64,000 nucleotides of DNA from an uncultured delta proteobacterium (GTDB lineage Bacteria > Myxococcota_A > UBA9160 > UBA4427). Location of the stretch: positions 128,001-192,000 of the forward strand of contig CAWGJT010000013.1 in the NCBI GenBank assembly GCA_963822965.1. The letters run 5' to 3'. The notes beneath the pieces were generated by a model that searched no databases, was not told where the DNA came from, and saw nothing but the letters and a program-made list of their open reading frames with translations. This document shows positions 1-9,831 of this stretch, one piece after another. A program made the position numbers and the translations under genes. The first letter of the stretch is position 1; every line of letters starts with the position of its first letter.

Positions 1-336
1 TCCGCAGTGCATGCAGACCCGCGTCCCGGCGGGAAACGTGACGTTGCATCTGTGGCACCAGACTTCGTACTGCGACATGGGATCGGCTTCCGTTCGTACC
101 CGCCGGAATCATGGACGAGCAGGAGAGGAGTCTAACGCCTCGACGCCCAGACTCACACGCGGCCGCCGCGCACCCCGGGGCAACCGGGCCCCGAGGCCGG
201 GATCTGCGCGGCAACCGGCCGCTCGCCTCCGGGCAGGCGGAAATCGGAGGCTTCCGCGGCTAGACTGCGCGGTCTTCGAACGGCCCACCCCGCGAGCGCC
301 GGAATCCGGCGCGCACCGAAGAGAGGATCCTCCACC

Positions 337-1638
337 ATGCAGTCACGCAACGTCGTTCTCGTCGACGGAGTCCGCTCCGCCTTTGCCCGGGGCGGCCGCG
401 GCATGCTCGTCGCGACGCGCCTGGACGACGCGGGTGCAAAGGTGCTCCGCGCACTGCTCGACCGCGTTCCCAAGCTCCACGATTCCATGATCGAGGACGT
501 CGGCCTGGGCAACGTCAGCGGACAGGGCGAGTTCGTGGGCCTGGGCAACGTCGTCCGCCTCGCGGGACTTCCCATGGAGGTCTGCTCGTTCAACTCCAAC
601 CGCCAGTGCGGCTCGAGCATGGAGACCTTCCACCGGGTGGCCCTGTCGATCGCGGTGGGCGCCACGGACTGCGGGATCGCCCTGGGCATCGAGCGCATGG
701 GACGCGCGCTGGGGCTTCCCGGCGGCGCGAAGACCACGCGCATCACGCAGTTCAACCCGAAGCTCTTCCAGCTGAACGACGCGCAGCGCAACATGGCGCC
801 GGACCACGACGAGAGCTTCTCGGTGCCGTTCCCCGACTACATCCTGGACTCGCCGCCGCTGCAATCGATGGTGCAGACGAGCCAGAACGTGGCCGAGTGC
901 TACGGCCTCACCCGGGCCGAGCTGGACGAGTTCTCGGCGAAGAGCCACCAGAAGACCGCGGCCGCCTACGAGGCGGGCATCTACAAGGACGAGGTCGTAC
1001 CCCTCGAGGTGGAGGAGCCGGTCTTCGACGCGGAGCGCAACTGGGTCGAGGCGGAGGTGGGCAGGACCGTCACCTTCGACCGGGACGAGTGCATCCGCGC
1101 CGACACCACCGCCGACAAGCTCGGCGGTCTCAATCCCCTGGGTGGCGTGAAGAGCTTCGGCGACAAGCCCATCGTGGTGACCGCCGGCAACTCGTGCCCC
1201 ACCAACGACGGCATCTCCGCTGCGTTGCTCATGAGCGAGGAGAAGGCGCTCGCCCTGGGCCTCGAGCCGCTGGCGCGGATCGTCGGCATCGGCGTCGCCG
1301 GCGTGAAGCCCCAGGTGATGGGCCTCGGGCCGATCCCCGCCACGCGCAAGGCCCTCGCCCACGCGGGCATCCGCGTGGACCAGATCGACCGGGTCGAGTT
1401 CAACGAGGCCTTCGCGACCCAGGTGCTCGCGTCCATCCGGGACCTGGGCATCGACGAGTCGAAGGTCAACGTGAACGGCGGCTCCATCGCCATCGGTCAC
1501 CCGCTCGGTGCCACGGGCGCGCGGCTGGTGACGACCGTCGCCAAAGAGCTGCGTCGCAGCAACACGCGCTACGGGCTCGCCACCCAGTGCATCGGCGCCG
1601 GCATGGGAATCTCGACGATCCTCGAGCGGCTCGACTGA
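337..1638 (+). CDS. Thiolase (acetyl-CoA C-acyltransferase)
   Basis: NRQCGSS catalytic Cys, NEAF, GHPLGATG and CIGAGMG thiolase motifs. Confidence 0.93.
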   Translation: MQSRNVVLVDGVRSAFARGGRGMLVATRLDDAGAKVLRALLDRVPKLHDSMIEDVGLGNVSGQGEFVGLGNVVRLAGLPMEVCSFNSNRQCGSSMETFHRVALSIAVGATDCGIALGIERMGRALGLPGGAKTTRITQFNPKLFQLNDAQRNMAPDHDESFSVPFPDYILDSPPLQSMVQTSQNVAECYGLTRAELDEFSAKSHQKTAAAYEAGIYKDEVVPLEVEEPVFDAERNWVEAEVGRTVTFDRDECIRADTTADKLGGLNPLGGVKSFGDKPIVVTAGNSCPTNDGISAALLMSEEKALALGLEPLARIVGIGVAGVKPQVMGLGPIPATRKALAHAGIRVDQIDRVEFNEAFATQVLASIRDLGIDESKVNVNGGSIAIGHPLGATGARLVTTVAKELRRSNTRYGLATQCIGAGMGISTILERLD

Positions 1639-1682
1639 GCCGCGCCCCCGGCCGGACCGGCGGGGAGCCCGCAAGCGAGAGC

Positions 1683-1717
1683 CGAGGGCCCGGCGGGCGT
1701 CGCCCGCCGGGCCCTCG
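1683..1717. terminator. Perfect GC-rich inverted repeat between convergent genes (bidirectional terminator or REP-like)
   Basis: cgagggcccggcgggcg-t-cgcccgccgggccctcg, with an outer ccggcgggg/ccccgccgg inverted repeat. Confidence 0.6.
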
Positions 1718-1742
1718 CACGTTCGGGGAGCCCCGCCGGGGC

Positions 1743-2315
1743 TCAGTGGACGCCGGGCGTCAGGATCAGGGTGGCCGGGTCGATCCCCAGGCTGCGGACC
1801 ACGTAGTCCCACATGGACTCGGGCGCCACGTCGAAGATGGCCTCGCGGCTCGCGGGTGCGGTCAGCCAGACGCCCTCGGCCATCTCGCCCTCGAGCTGTC
1901 CCGGCCCCCAGCCCGCGTAGCCGAGGAAGAGCCGCACCTCGCCGGGAGGCGCCTCGGCGATGGTGCGCAGCACGTTGAGCGAGCCCGCGAAGAAGACGCC
2001 GCCTCCGAGATCCGTGGCCTCGTCGGTCACCCCGGCGGCGGGGCCCAGCAGGTCGTCGTTCGCGAAGAGCATCCAGCCGGTGTGCGGCTGCACCGGTCCG
2101 CCCCAGTGCAGCGAGGCCTCGGGGTCTCCGCCCCAGTGCATGTCGAGGCCGATGCACAGCTCGCGGGCGGACATGTCCACCGGACGGTTCAGCACGAGGC
2201 CGAAGGTCCCCTCCTCGTCGTGCTGGACGATCATCATCACCGTCCGCACGAAGTTGGGATCCTGGAGCTGGGGCATCGCGATCAGCAGCGACGCCGTCAG
2301 GGGGGAGTCGGCCAC
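1743..2315 (-). CDS. YqgE/AlgH family protein
   Basis: LLIAMPQLQDPNF, GLVLNRP, GGPV, FLGYAGWGPGQLEGE; GTG start 6 nt after TGnTACGCT. Confidence 0.92.
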   Translation of the reverse strand: MADSPLTASLLIAMPQLQDPNFVRTVMMIVQHDEEGTFGLVLNRPVDMSARELCIGLDMHWGGDPEASLHWGGPVQPHTGWMLFANDDLLGPAAGVTDEATDLGGGVFFAGSLNVLRTIAEAPPGEVRLFLGYAGWGPGQLEGEMAEGVWLTAPASREAIFDVAPESMWDYVVRSLGIDPATLILTPGVH

Positions 2316-2445
2316 CGCCGCAGCGTAGCAGCCCCGGCCCGGGCCGGACGAGGGCCAGCCGCATTGCGGGGCTTCCAGCGACACGGGAATCCGCGGCCTT
2401 CAGTGTCCCGGCCGATGCGTCGAAGAGCCCTGGCGGGAGACGGCA

Positions 2446-3738
2446 ATGAGTGAAGTCCCGCGCATCCTGATCCTCGACGACGGCGAGCTCGGCGAGGTCG
2501 CCGGCATGCTCGAGCGCCTGCACGTCGATCACACGCGGCTGCGCGGCGGCAACGTCGGCGAAGACCTCGCGCCTCCCAGCCACCTGCTGATCACGACGCC
2601 GCGGCGCGCGATGGCGGTGCGGCCCGGCTCGTCGAAGCGACGCGCCCCCGGAGAGGCCCTGCGGATCATCGTCGTCAACGAGGACTCGAACGAGATGCGC
2701 CGCATGCTGCGGCGCATGGGCTTCCACCTGCTCGTGCGACGCGGCGCCCACCCCGAGGTCTGGCGACTGCTGGTGGAGCGCTCGCTCTTCCAGGGCGACG
2801 AGCGACGAACCGACCCGCGCCTTCCCGTCGGCGCGCCGATCTCGCTGGCCTCCTTCAAGGAATCGCGCGGCGGCGAGAAGCGCACGCCCGCCGGCGCGAG
2901 CGCGCTGCTGGTGGACATCTCGAACCGCGGCTGCCGTCTGGCGACGAACGAGCCGCTGCAGCCGGGCGCGCGCATCTCGCTCGCGATCCGGCTCGACGAC
3001 CAGGGCGGCGACGTGCTGCACCTGCGCGGGCGTCTCGTGCGCTTCTCCACCCTGCCGCCCGCGAACGCGCACGGCTACACGGCCGCGATGCTCTTCGACC
3101 GCGACCTGGCCGAGGGCGATCGCGTGCTGCTCACGCACCTGCTGAACGACCTCGCGGTGGGACCGGGCTCGCTCAGCTACGGACCCGCGGAGGCGCTGCC
3201 CCCCTGCGAGAGCCCGGTGATCCCCGGGCTGACCCTCGACGCCGAGACCGACCCCGCCGTCCAGGCCGGCGTCGAGATCGAGATCGAGCAGGAAGATCGC
3301 GAGCCCGAGGAGCCCGCCGAGGTGGTCGAGCTGAACCGGCGGCGAAGTCCGCGCGGCGCCTTCACCGGGGGCGTCCTCGCCACCAACACCACGCCCGGCG
3401 CCGACGGACGCGAGCGGCGCGTGCTGATCGGGCGCGATCTGTCGGCGGGCGGGATGCGCGTCGAGAAGACGGCGGGTGTCCGCGTCGGAGACCGCTTCTG
3501 TCTCGCGATCTACGGACCCGCGCGCCACGAGCCCTTCGTGCTGCACGCCTGCGTGAAGCGCGACGATGGCGATTCGGGCTTCGCGCTCACCTTCGTCGAC
3601 GTCCCCGCACCCGTCGCCCGGGATCTCGAGAAGCTCGTCGCCTGCCTGCCGGACGTCGAGTCCCTCGAAGAGGGCGAGACCGGCGGCATGGGCGCGGTGA
3701 TCTCCGAGGTCCTGTCCCGAACCAACGACGCCGATTGA
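2446..3738 (+). CDS. Tandem PilZ-domain protein with degenerate receiver-like N-terminus
   Basis: ERRTDPR..DISNRG and RRRSPR..DLSAGG (RxxxR and DxSxxG twice); N-terminal ILILDD. Confidence 0.8.
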   Translation: MSEVPRILILDDGELGEVAGMLERLHVDHTRLRGGNVGEDLAPPSHLLITTPRRAMAVRPGSSKRRAPGEALRIIVVNEDSNEMRRMLRRMGFHLLVRRGAHPEVWRLLVERSLFQGDERRTDPRLPVGAPISLASFKESRGGEKRTPAGASALLVDISNRGCRLATNEPLQPGARISLAIRLDDQGGDVLHLRGRLVRFSTLPPANAHGYTAAMLFDRDLAEGDRVLLTHLLNDLAVGPGSLSYGPAEALPPCESPVIPGLTLDAETDPAVQAGVEIEIEQEDREPEEPAEVVELNRRRSPRGAFTGGVLATNTTPGADGRERRVLIGRDLSAGGMRVEKTAGVRVGDRFCLAIYGPARHEPFVLHACVKRDDGDSGFALTFVDVPAPVARDLEKLVACLPDVESLEEGETGGMGAVISEVLSRTNDAD

Positions 3739-3760
3739 GCCCGCGGGTCGACCCGCCGCT

Positions 3761-4774
3761 TCAGGCCGAGGGCACCTGGGGCTTCGGGAAGCGCACGTAC
3801 TCGTCCACCAGCATCATCGCGAAGTCGCGGCCCGTGGGTCGCTCTCCCGTGAGCCGGCCGCGACGGCGGAGGTCGGCGTCGAGGGTGTCGAGGATGAAGT
3901 CGGTGGCGAGATCGTCGCTGGCCTCGCGCCAGCGCCGCCGGTCGGCCTCGTCGGCGAAGCAGTAGGCCTTCCACGAGACGGAGAAGCGCATCTCCTCCCA
4001 GCGATAGCGAGAGACGGTCTCCTCGCCCTCCCGCACGCTCCAGCCCCCCCCACCCAGGGCGACGAGCCGCATGCCGGGGCGCAGCATGGGCATCTCCTCG
4101 CTCGTCTGCTCCACCCGATCGACGCCGTGGAAGACGCTGTCCGTGTCCAGGATGACCGCCGTGTTGAAGTGCACGGGGTGTGCGATGGGCGCGCTCTCGG
4201 CGCCGTCGGGATAGAACGCGAAGGCGCCGCCCCGGGCGTCGTGGAACCACGAGACCGCCGTCGCGACGGGCATTCGCCAGGCGTCGAAGAGGCCCGAATG
4301 ATGCATCACCACCAGCAGCCACTGGGGGTGCACCTTGCGGTTCGCACCGCGGAACTCGGGCACGTCCGTGTGCACCGCCAGCTCCTGGCCCGGCACGAGC
4401 AGGTTCGCGTACACGATGGCGGGCACCACGATCGGCCGGCCGTGAATCGCGCGCGCCGCCTCCACGAAGCCTTCGTGGTGGAGGAAGGGCTCGATGCCCG
4501 GCGCCCGCACCTCGTCCCCGTACGCGTAGGTCTCCCGGAAGTAGTTCGTGCGCGCGGCCAGCACCTCGAAGCCCTCGGCGCGCCCGAAGCGACCGCCCGT
4601 CTTGACGAAGTTGAAGGCCGCGTCGAAGCGCTGGGGAAGGCCCTCTCCGATGCCCTCGTTCAGCCCCTCTTCGGAGTACATCCCGTAGCTTCCGAAGCGC
4701 TCGCACAGGGCGACCATCTCCCCGGCGTCGGCGGGGGTCAGCAGCGGATCGAAGAGGCGGTACGTGGCGGTCAT
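3761..4774 (-). CDS. Putative 2OG-Fe(II) oxygenase-like protein
   Basis: HTD...FHGV...RFSVSW arrangement fits an HxD..H facial triad. Confidence 0.55.
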   Translation of the reverse strand: MTATYRLFDPLLTPADAGEMVALCERFGSYGMYSEEGLNEGIGEGLPQRFDAAFNFVKTGGRFGRAEGFEVLAARTNYFRETYAYGDEVRAPGIEPFLHHEGFVEAARAIHGRPIVVPAIVYANLLVPGQELAVHTDVPEFRGANRKVHPQWLLVVMHHSGLFDAWRMPVATAVSWFHDARGGAFAFYPDGAESAPIAHPVHFNTAVILDTDSVFHGVDRVEQTSEEMPMLRPGMRLVALGGGGWSVREGEETVSRYRWEEMRFSVSWKAYCFADEADRRRWREASDDLATDFILDTLDADLRRRGRLTGERPTGRDFAMMLVDEYVRFPKPQVPSA

Positions 4775-4846
4775 CGCGAGCTCCGCGGAGGCGTTCTCGG
4801 GTTGGGGGCGGCCGGGAGGGACCCGGAGCCCGGAGTATAGGCGCGC

Positions 4847-5755
4847 TCACGTGAGCGCGTGCGCCACCGGCACCACCTCGTCGATCAGCCTGCGCGCCTG
4901 GTCCATGAGATCCTCGTCCCCCGAGGCGACCGGAATCAGCACGAACTTCGAGACGCCGGCGGCGCGGTACTCCCCGATCCGGTCCAGGATCGCCCGGACG
5001 TCGCCAGCGGCGGCGTAGCCGGCGCCGGCGCGGGCCGCACCGGTGAAGCGCGCCACCAGCGGGTCATCCGCCGCGCCGAAGCGGAACGGAAAGCCGGCCC
5101 CGTAGTGGTCCTCGGGAATCGGGCGGCCTGCGCGTCGCGATTCGGACCGGATCGCCTCGATGACCGGCGCCACCTGGGCCGGCGTCTGGATCCCGGCGAG
5201 CCAGCCGGTCCCGAGACGCGCCGTGCGGCGGATGGCGGCGGGGCTGCTTCCGCCGATCCAGCACGGCAGGGGCTGCTGCACGGGGCGGGGAGAGATCGAG
5301 GCGTCGCGATAGCGGTAGTGCCGGCCCTCGAAGCTGACCGACTCCTCGCTCCAGAGGCGCTGCATCAGGGTGAGGGCCTCGTCGGCCCGGCCGCCGCGCC
5401 CGGCCGGGCTCCGCCCCGTCGCCTGCCACTCCGGGGCGTTCTCGCCGCCGACGCCGAAGACCGGCAGCAGACGCCCGTCGCTCAGGTGGTCGATGGTCGC
5501 GCACTGCCGGGCGAGCAGCAGCGGATCGCGCAGGCTCACCACCACCGCGTTCATCCCGAACTTGAGGCGCTCGGTCGCCCCGGCGAGAGCCGCCATGGTG
5601 CTCAGGGCTTCCAGGTACGGCTGCCGGGACACCAGGCGATCCGTCTGCCACAGGGAGTCCACGTCGCTCCCCTCGCACAGATCCACGAAGCGGAAGAACG
5701 CCCGGGCCGACGAGAACGGATTCGTGGCCAGCCCGAGCCCCACCTTGACCTTCAC
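4847..5755 (-). CDS. LLM-class flavin-dependent oxidoreductase
   Basis: DSLWQTD, ATIDHLSDGRL, PRPVQQPLPCWIGG; upstream ORF extension is the 68-bp repeat, so start placed at GTG 5755. Confidence 0.88.
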   Translation of the reverse strand: MKVKVGLGLATNPFSSARAFFRFVDLCEGSDVDSLWQTDRLVSRQPYLEALSTMAALAGATERLKFGMNAVVVSLRDPLLLARQCATIDHLSDGRLLPVFGVGGENAPEWQATGRSPAGRGGRADEALTLMQRLWSEESVSFEGRHYRYRDASISPRPVQQPLPCWIGGSSPAAIRRTARLGTGWLAGIQTPAQVAPVIEAIRSESRRAGRPIPEDHYGAGFPFRFGAADDPLVARFTGAARAGAGYAAAGDVRAILDRIGEYRAAGVSKFVLIPVASGDEDLMDQARRLIDEVVPVAHALT

Positions 5756-5764
5756 CCGAGCCCT

Positions 5765-6120
5765 CCCAGCCGCGACCCACAAGAGGGGGAGCAGCACGCC
5801 CGCGAGCCGCCTCGATCCCCATTCGGCCGCAACCCAGCCACGACCCAAGAGGAGGGGAGTACCCCGCCCGCGAGCCGCCTCGATCCCCATTCGGCCGCAA
5901 CCCAGCCACGACCCAAGAGGAGGGGAGTACCCCGCCCGCGAGCCGCCTCGATCCCCATTCGGCCGCAACCCAGCCACGACCCAAGAGGAGGGGAGTACCC
6001 CGCCCGCGAGCCGCCTCGATCCCCATTCGGCCGCAACCCAGCCACGACCCAAGAGGAGGGGAGTACCCCGCCCGCGAGCCGCCTCGATCCCCATTCGGCC
6101 GCAACCCAGCCACGACCCAA
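5765..6120. repeat. 68-bp tandem repeat, about 4.8 identical copies plus a degenerate partial
   Basis: Unit cgcccgcgagccgcctcgatccccattcggccgcaacccagccacgacccaagaggaggggagtaccc starts at 5797, 5865, 5933, 6001, 6069. Confidence 0.97.
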
Positions 6121-6158
6121 AACAGAACGCCCCAGCAGACTAGCTGCCGGGGCGTTCT
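6119..6158 (-). terminator. Rho-independent terminator of the cold-shock gene
   Basis: Minus strand AGAACGCCCCGGCAG-loop-CTGCTGGGGCGTTCT followed by GTTTT. Confidence 0.75.
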
Positions 6159-6180
6159 CTCGCGTTCCTGCGAGTCGGTT

Positions 6181-6384
6181 CTAGATCGGGCGCACCGACG
6201 TGGCTTCGGGTCCCTTGCGACCTTCTCCGGGCTCGTACTCGACCTTCTGGCCGTCTTCGAGGGTCCGGAAACCATCGCCTGCGATGTTCGAATAATGGAC
6301 GAAGAGGTCCTTGCTGCCGTCTTCCGGGGTGATGAACCCGTACCCCTTCTGGTCGCTGAACCACTTCACCGTGCCAACAGCCAT
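6181..6384 (-). CDS. cspA: Cold-shock protein (CspA family)
   Basis: [42 protein letters not shown]. Confidence 0.96.
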   Translation of the reverse strand: MAVGTVKWFSDQKGYGFITPEDGSKDLFVHYSNIAGDGFRTLEDGQKVEYEPGEGRKGPEATSVRPI

Positions 6385-6545
6385 CTTTCCTCCTTGCGAT
6401 CCGTGCCGCACACCGAACTCCGGTGCCCGTCGCGGCTCCTTCTCCTCAGGAGGAGCTTGCCTGTCTGCCAGGTCCGGACTCGCGTCCAGGAGGTCTAGCG
6501 GGGGCGGGGAAGCACACCGGATTCCTGAGGCCGAGCGCCATCATA
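6385..6545 (-). promoter_or_regulatory. cspA -10 box (TATGAT) and ~150-nt structured 5' UTR
   Basis: TATGAT at 6545-6540 (minus); leader has ccggtg/caccgg and gctcct/aggagc pairings; long leaders are typical of csp genes. Confidence 0.55.
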
Positions 6546-6639
6546 CAGGAAGGCCCTGCCATTCAGACCAAGAAACAGCGCCCTGTCAGCACGCGCACGA
6601 CCGAGACGTAACCAAATGAAAACATTCATGTATTTCTGT

Positions 6640-8136
6640 CTAGCCGCCGAGCCCCGCGGTCACCTGGACCGCCGCGGACGCCTGGCGCGGATCGCTCGTG
6701 TAGCGCGACGCCAGCTCGGCCCGGCATTCCCGTCGCTCACAGAAGATGGTCGAGAGCACGTCCGCGGCGATCTGCGACGACCGTACCCACCAGAGATCGC
6801 TCTGCAGCTGCAGGACGGCCACGGCCACGCGCGGCGCCTCGGCGGGAGCCACTCCGACGAACCACTCGTAGCGTCCCGGAGGCTCGTCCCCCGAGAGGTT
6901 GCCCGTCTTGCCCGCGACACGAACGTCGCCGAGGCGCTGCCGCCCGCGTCGATCGCGGAACGCCGAGCGCGCGGTCCCGCGCGTGGTCGTGCGCACGAGC
7001 ATCTCGCGCAGCTCCTTGGCCACCGCGGGACGCATGATCCGCCGCGACGACCGTCGCGCAGGCAGGGGCAGGGAACGGCCGTTGACGTCGACCACGCGCT
7101 CCACCCACCAGGGCTCGACGAGCTCGCCCCGGGCCAGCGAGGCCGCCATCTGCGCGGCGTGCAGCGGGGTGATCCAGCAGCCCGCGAGCCCGCAGCCGAG
7201 GCGGCCGAGATCGTAGGCGTCGTCGCCGGCGGTAGCGCTGCCGGCCTCGTGCCCCGGCGCGGGCGAATCCAGCCAGCCGAAGCGCTCGATCTCCGCGAGC
7301 AGCGCCTCGCTGCCCACCGCGTTCACGGCGAGCTGCGCGAAGCACTGGTTGTTCGAGGTCGCCAGCGAACGCTCCAGATCCATCTCGTTGCCGCTGCGCG
7401 GCGGCTCGATGCGGGACGGCGTCAGGCGATACGGGCTACCCCGGTAGCGACAGCCCTGTCGTGCCTTCTCGGGCGCGTGGTCGAGGGCCGCCGCCGCCGT
7501 CACGATCTTGATGAGCGAGGCCGCCGGGTACCTGTGGGTGGCCGGGAACGAGTCGGGCGCGCTCGACACATAGGCGAGGATCCGCCCGGTGTCGGGCTCG
7601 AGCACGATCACGTGTCCGTGGGTGACCCGGCCCCGCCGCAGCAGCTCGAAGATCCGGCGGGTGAGCTCGACGTCCATCGAGTACTCGACCCGAAGCGGTC
7701 CGGCGAGGTCCGAGCGGAAGGCCGGCGGATCGACCCACTCGACCAGCCGCGCCGGGTCCCAGGGAGCCCCGGCCTCCGGGGCCGGATCACGCCGCAGGTG
7801 GGCGCTGGTCGCCCGGAATCGGTCGAAGGAGGCGGGTACGTGCTCGAACACGTCCGCCGGGGGCGGGCGCAGCCCGGGCGGATCCGGCGGACCGCTGCCG
7901 ACCGGCGCCACCACGCCGGGAGCCAGGTCGTCCGGCGCCGGTGCGGCCTTTGTGCTGCCGCGCAGCACCCGAGCGATGCCCCCGACCGGCCCGGGGAGAT
8001 CGACACCCCGCTCGGTGCGATCGAGCCAGTCCGAGCCCACCACGAAGCCGATGCCCGCTGCGGCGAGCCAGACGGCAAGAAAACGGCGATGCCGCCGAAA
8101 CGGCGCGCGCCACCCCCAGCGCGGTCCCCAGTTCAC
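6640..8136 (-). CDS. Penicillin-binding transpeptidase-domain protein
   Basis: PAASLIK (SxxK), SNN (SxN), GKTG motifs; N-terminal TM segment. Confidence 0.85.
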   Translation of the reverse strand: MNWGPRWGWRAPFRRHRRFLAVWLAAAGIGFVVGSDWLDRTERGVDLPGPVGGIARVLRGSTKAAPAPDDLAPGVVAPVGSGPPDPPGLRPPPADVFEHVPASFDRFRATSAHLRRDPAPEAGAPWDPARLVEWVDPPAFRSDLAGPLRVEYSMDVELTRRIFELLRRGRVTHGHVIVLEPDTGRILAYVSSAPDSFPATHRYPAASLIKIVTAAAALDHAPEKARQGCRYRGSPYRLTPSRIEPPRSGNEMDLERSLATSNNQCFAQLAVNAVGSEALLAEIERFGWLDSPAPGHEAGSATAGDDAYDLGRLGCGLAGCWITPLHAAQMAASLARGELVEPWWVERVVDVNGRSLPLPARRSSRRIMRPAVAKELREMLVRTTTRGTARSAFRDRRGRQRLGDVRVAGKTGNLSGDEPPGRYEWFVGVAPAEAPRVAVAVLQLQSDLWWVRSSQIAADVLSTIFCERRECRAELASRYTSDPRQASAAVQVTAGLGG

Positions 8137-8350
8137 GCTCTCCCTCCACTCGTCTCTTCGGTCTCTCGACTCTCGTCTCTCGGCGTTCGTCGCGATGGCT
8201 GGGGGGTGGATCCGGGGGGGGGGGGCTCTGCTCGACCCGGCGACGGCGGCCTCCGCGAGCCCGCCGTCCGCCTGGCTTCTACTTCCTTTCCTCGTCCGTT
8301 CTTCCTTCTACTTCCTACCTGGTTCTTCCTACCTGCTTCCTACATCGAGT

Positions 8351-8917
8351 CTACAGGGCCACGACCGACAGGACCTGGGGCACCTCTTCCTTCAGGCGGG
8401 CTTCGATGCCCATCTTGAGCGTCATGGTCGAGCTCGGGCAGCCCGCGCAGGCGCCGCGAAGATAGACCTCGACGACGCCGTCGTGGAAGCCCGCGAAGGC
8501 GATCTCGCCGCCGTCCATGGCCACGTAGGGCTGCACGTCCTCCTCGATCACCTTGCGGATGCGAGAGACGATCTCGCCCTGCTCGCCCAGGTCCGGAGGC
8601 TCCCAGGCCGGCCCCAGCGAGGACTCGCCGGAGCCCGCCCACGCCTTGATGCCGGCGACGATGGGCTGGGCCAGGTCGGTCCACTCGCGCTCGGGCTGCT
8701 TGCTCACGGTGATGAAGTCCGGGCCGAGGAGGACGGACACGACGCCCTCCACCTCGAACAGGCGCGCCGCCAGCGGGGAGACCGCGCTCCCGGGTGCCTC
8801 GGCGAAGCTCACCGATCCCACGCCGCTGCCCGCTTCGACGACGGGCTGCCCGAGCACCCACTTCACGCTGTTGGGGTTCGGGGTGCGTTCGGCGTGCATG
8901 CGGAAACCGAGGCTCAT
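8351..8917 (-). CDS. NifU/NfuA-family Fe-S carrier
   Basis: TPNPNSVKW N-domain; DGGEI and GACAGCPSS. Confidence 0.93.
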   Translation of the reverse strand: MSLGFRMHAERTPNPNSVKWVLGQPVVEAGSGVGSVSFAEAPGSAVSPLAARLFEVEGVVSVLLGPDFITVSKQPEREWTDLAQPIVAGIKAWAGSGESSLGPAWEPPDLGEQGEIVSRIRKVIEEDVQPYVAMDGGEIAFAGFHDGVVEVYLRGACAGCPSSTMTLKMGIEARLKEEVPQVLSVVAL

Positions 8918-9038
8918 GGAGGATCCTGCGATTCGGGGGGGGGGGGAGACCGAGCCGCCGAGTCTAGCAGGCATGGCGGGCCCTGCGGGGCCCCCAGGAC
9001 CGGCACTCGAGCTTCCAGCCCCGGGAGGCCGGCGCAGC

Positions 9039-9821
9039 TCAGGCAAAGAGAATGCGCTCGAAGTCGGCGAGCGTGCACACCGTGTACCCGCGCTGGCGCG
9101 CCAGCTGCCGCTCGCGCTCGCCGTTGTAGCCCCAGGCGGCCAGCACGCCGTGGACGCCCATGCCGGCGACGTCGTCGAGGTGGTTGACCTTGTCGTCGAC
9201 GAAGACCATCTCGGGGAACGCGACCCCCAACCGCTCGTGCAGCCGCTCCAGGTGGCCGCGCTTGCTGCGCCCCGCCTCCTTGTCGAGCAATGTCTCGGGG
9301 GAGAAGAGATCCGCGATGCCGTAGAGCTGGAGCAGGCGCTCGACCGAGACGCGATCCTTCGCCGTCGCGATCGCGAGACGGACGCGGTCGGCGAGCCGTC
9401 GCACCGTGTCGACGAACTCCGGATAGGGACCGAGCAGCGAGGCCCACCGCCCGGGATCGCCCTCGCGAAGCGCGGCGCGCATCCCGTAGAAGCGCTCGTG
9501 GAACGTGCCCAGGAACGCATCGGACTCGGCGGCGAAGACCGCGTCGAAGGCGGCCTGGTCGGCCGCGTCCCGATCCCGAGCCACCAGGGAGAGGGCCACC
9601 GCGAAATCCTCGGCGCGGTTTCCCAGGGGCATCATGGCGACGAAGCGCCGATACGCCTGGTCGGACCGGATCTCGTCGGCGGACTGGCCCTCCGCCCGCG
9701 CCAGCAGATCCGCGATCTCCTCTCCTGGACGCAGGGCCGAGTACGTGCGCAGGGTCACCAGCCACGCCTCCGGCGCGCTGTCGGAGATCACCCCGTCGAA
9801 ATCGAGCGCCAGCAGCTCCAC
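9039..9821 (-). CDS. HAD-family hydrolase
   Basis: ALDFDGVISDS, ATAK, FVDDK, AWGYN. Confidence 0.88.
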   Translation of the reverse strand: MELLALDFDGVISDSAPEAWLVTLRTYSALRPGEEIADLLARAEGQSADEIRSDQAYRRFVAMMPLGNRAEDFAVALSLVARDRDAADQAAFDAVFAAESDAFLGTFHERFYGMRAALREGDPGRWASLLGPYPEFVDTVRRLADRVRLAIATAKDRVSVERLLQLYGIADLFSPETLLDKEAGRSKRGHLERLHERLGVAFPEMVFVDDKVNHLDDVAGMGVHGVLAAWGYNGERERQLARQRGYTVCTLADFERILFA

Positions 9822-9831
9822 GGCGCGAATC

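Noticed and set aside
45..68. Possible sigma54 sites near the window start
   Set aside because: The plus-strand site has CG instead of GC at -12; the minus-strand site would serve a gene outside the window and cannot be verified
343..3546. Very long antisense or alternate-frame ORFs (343-3546 -, 27784-30399 -, 58582-61023 + and others)
   Set aside because: Shadow ORFs caused by stop-codon scarcity opposite well-supported genes
5765..6120. 68-bp periodic array as CRISPR
   Set aside because: Units are identical end to end, there are no variable spacers, and no cas genes occur in the window
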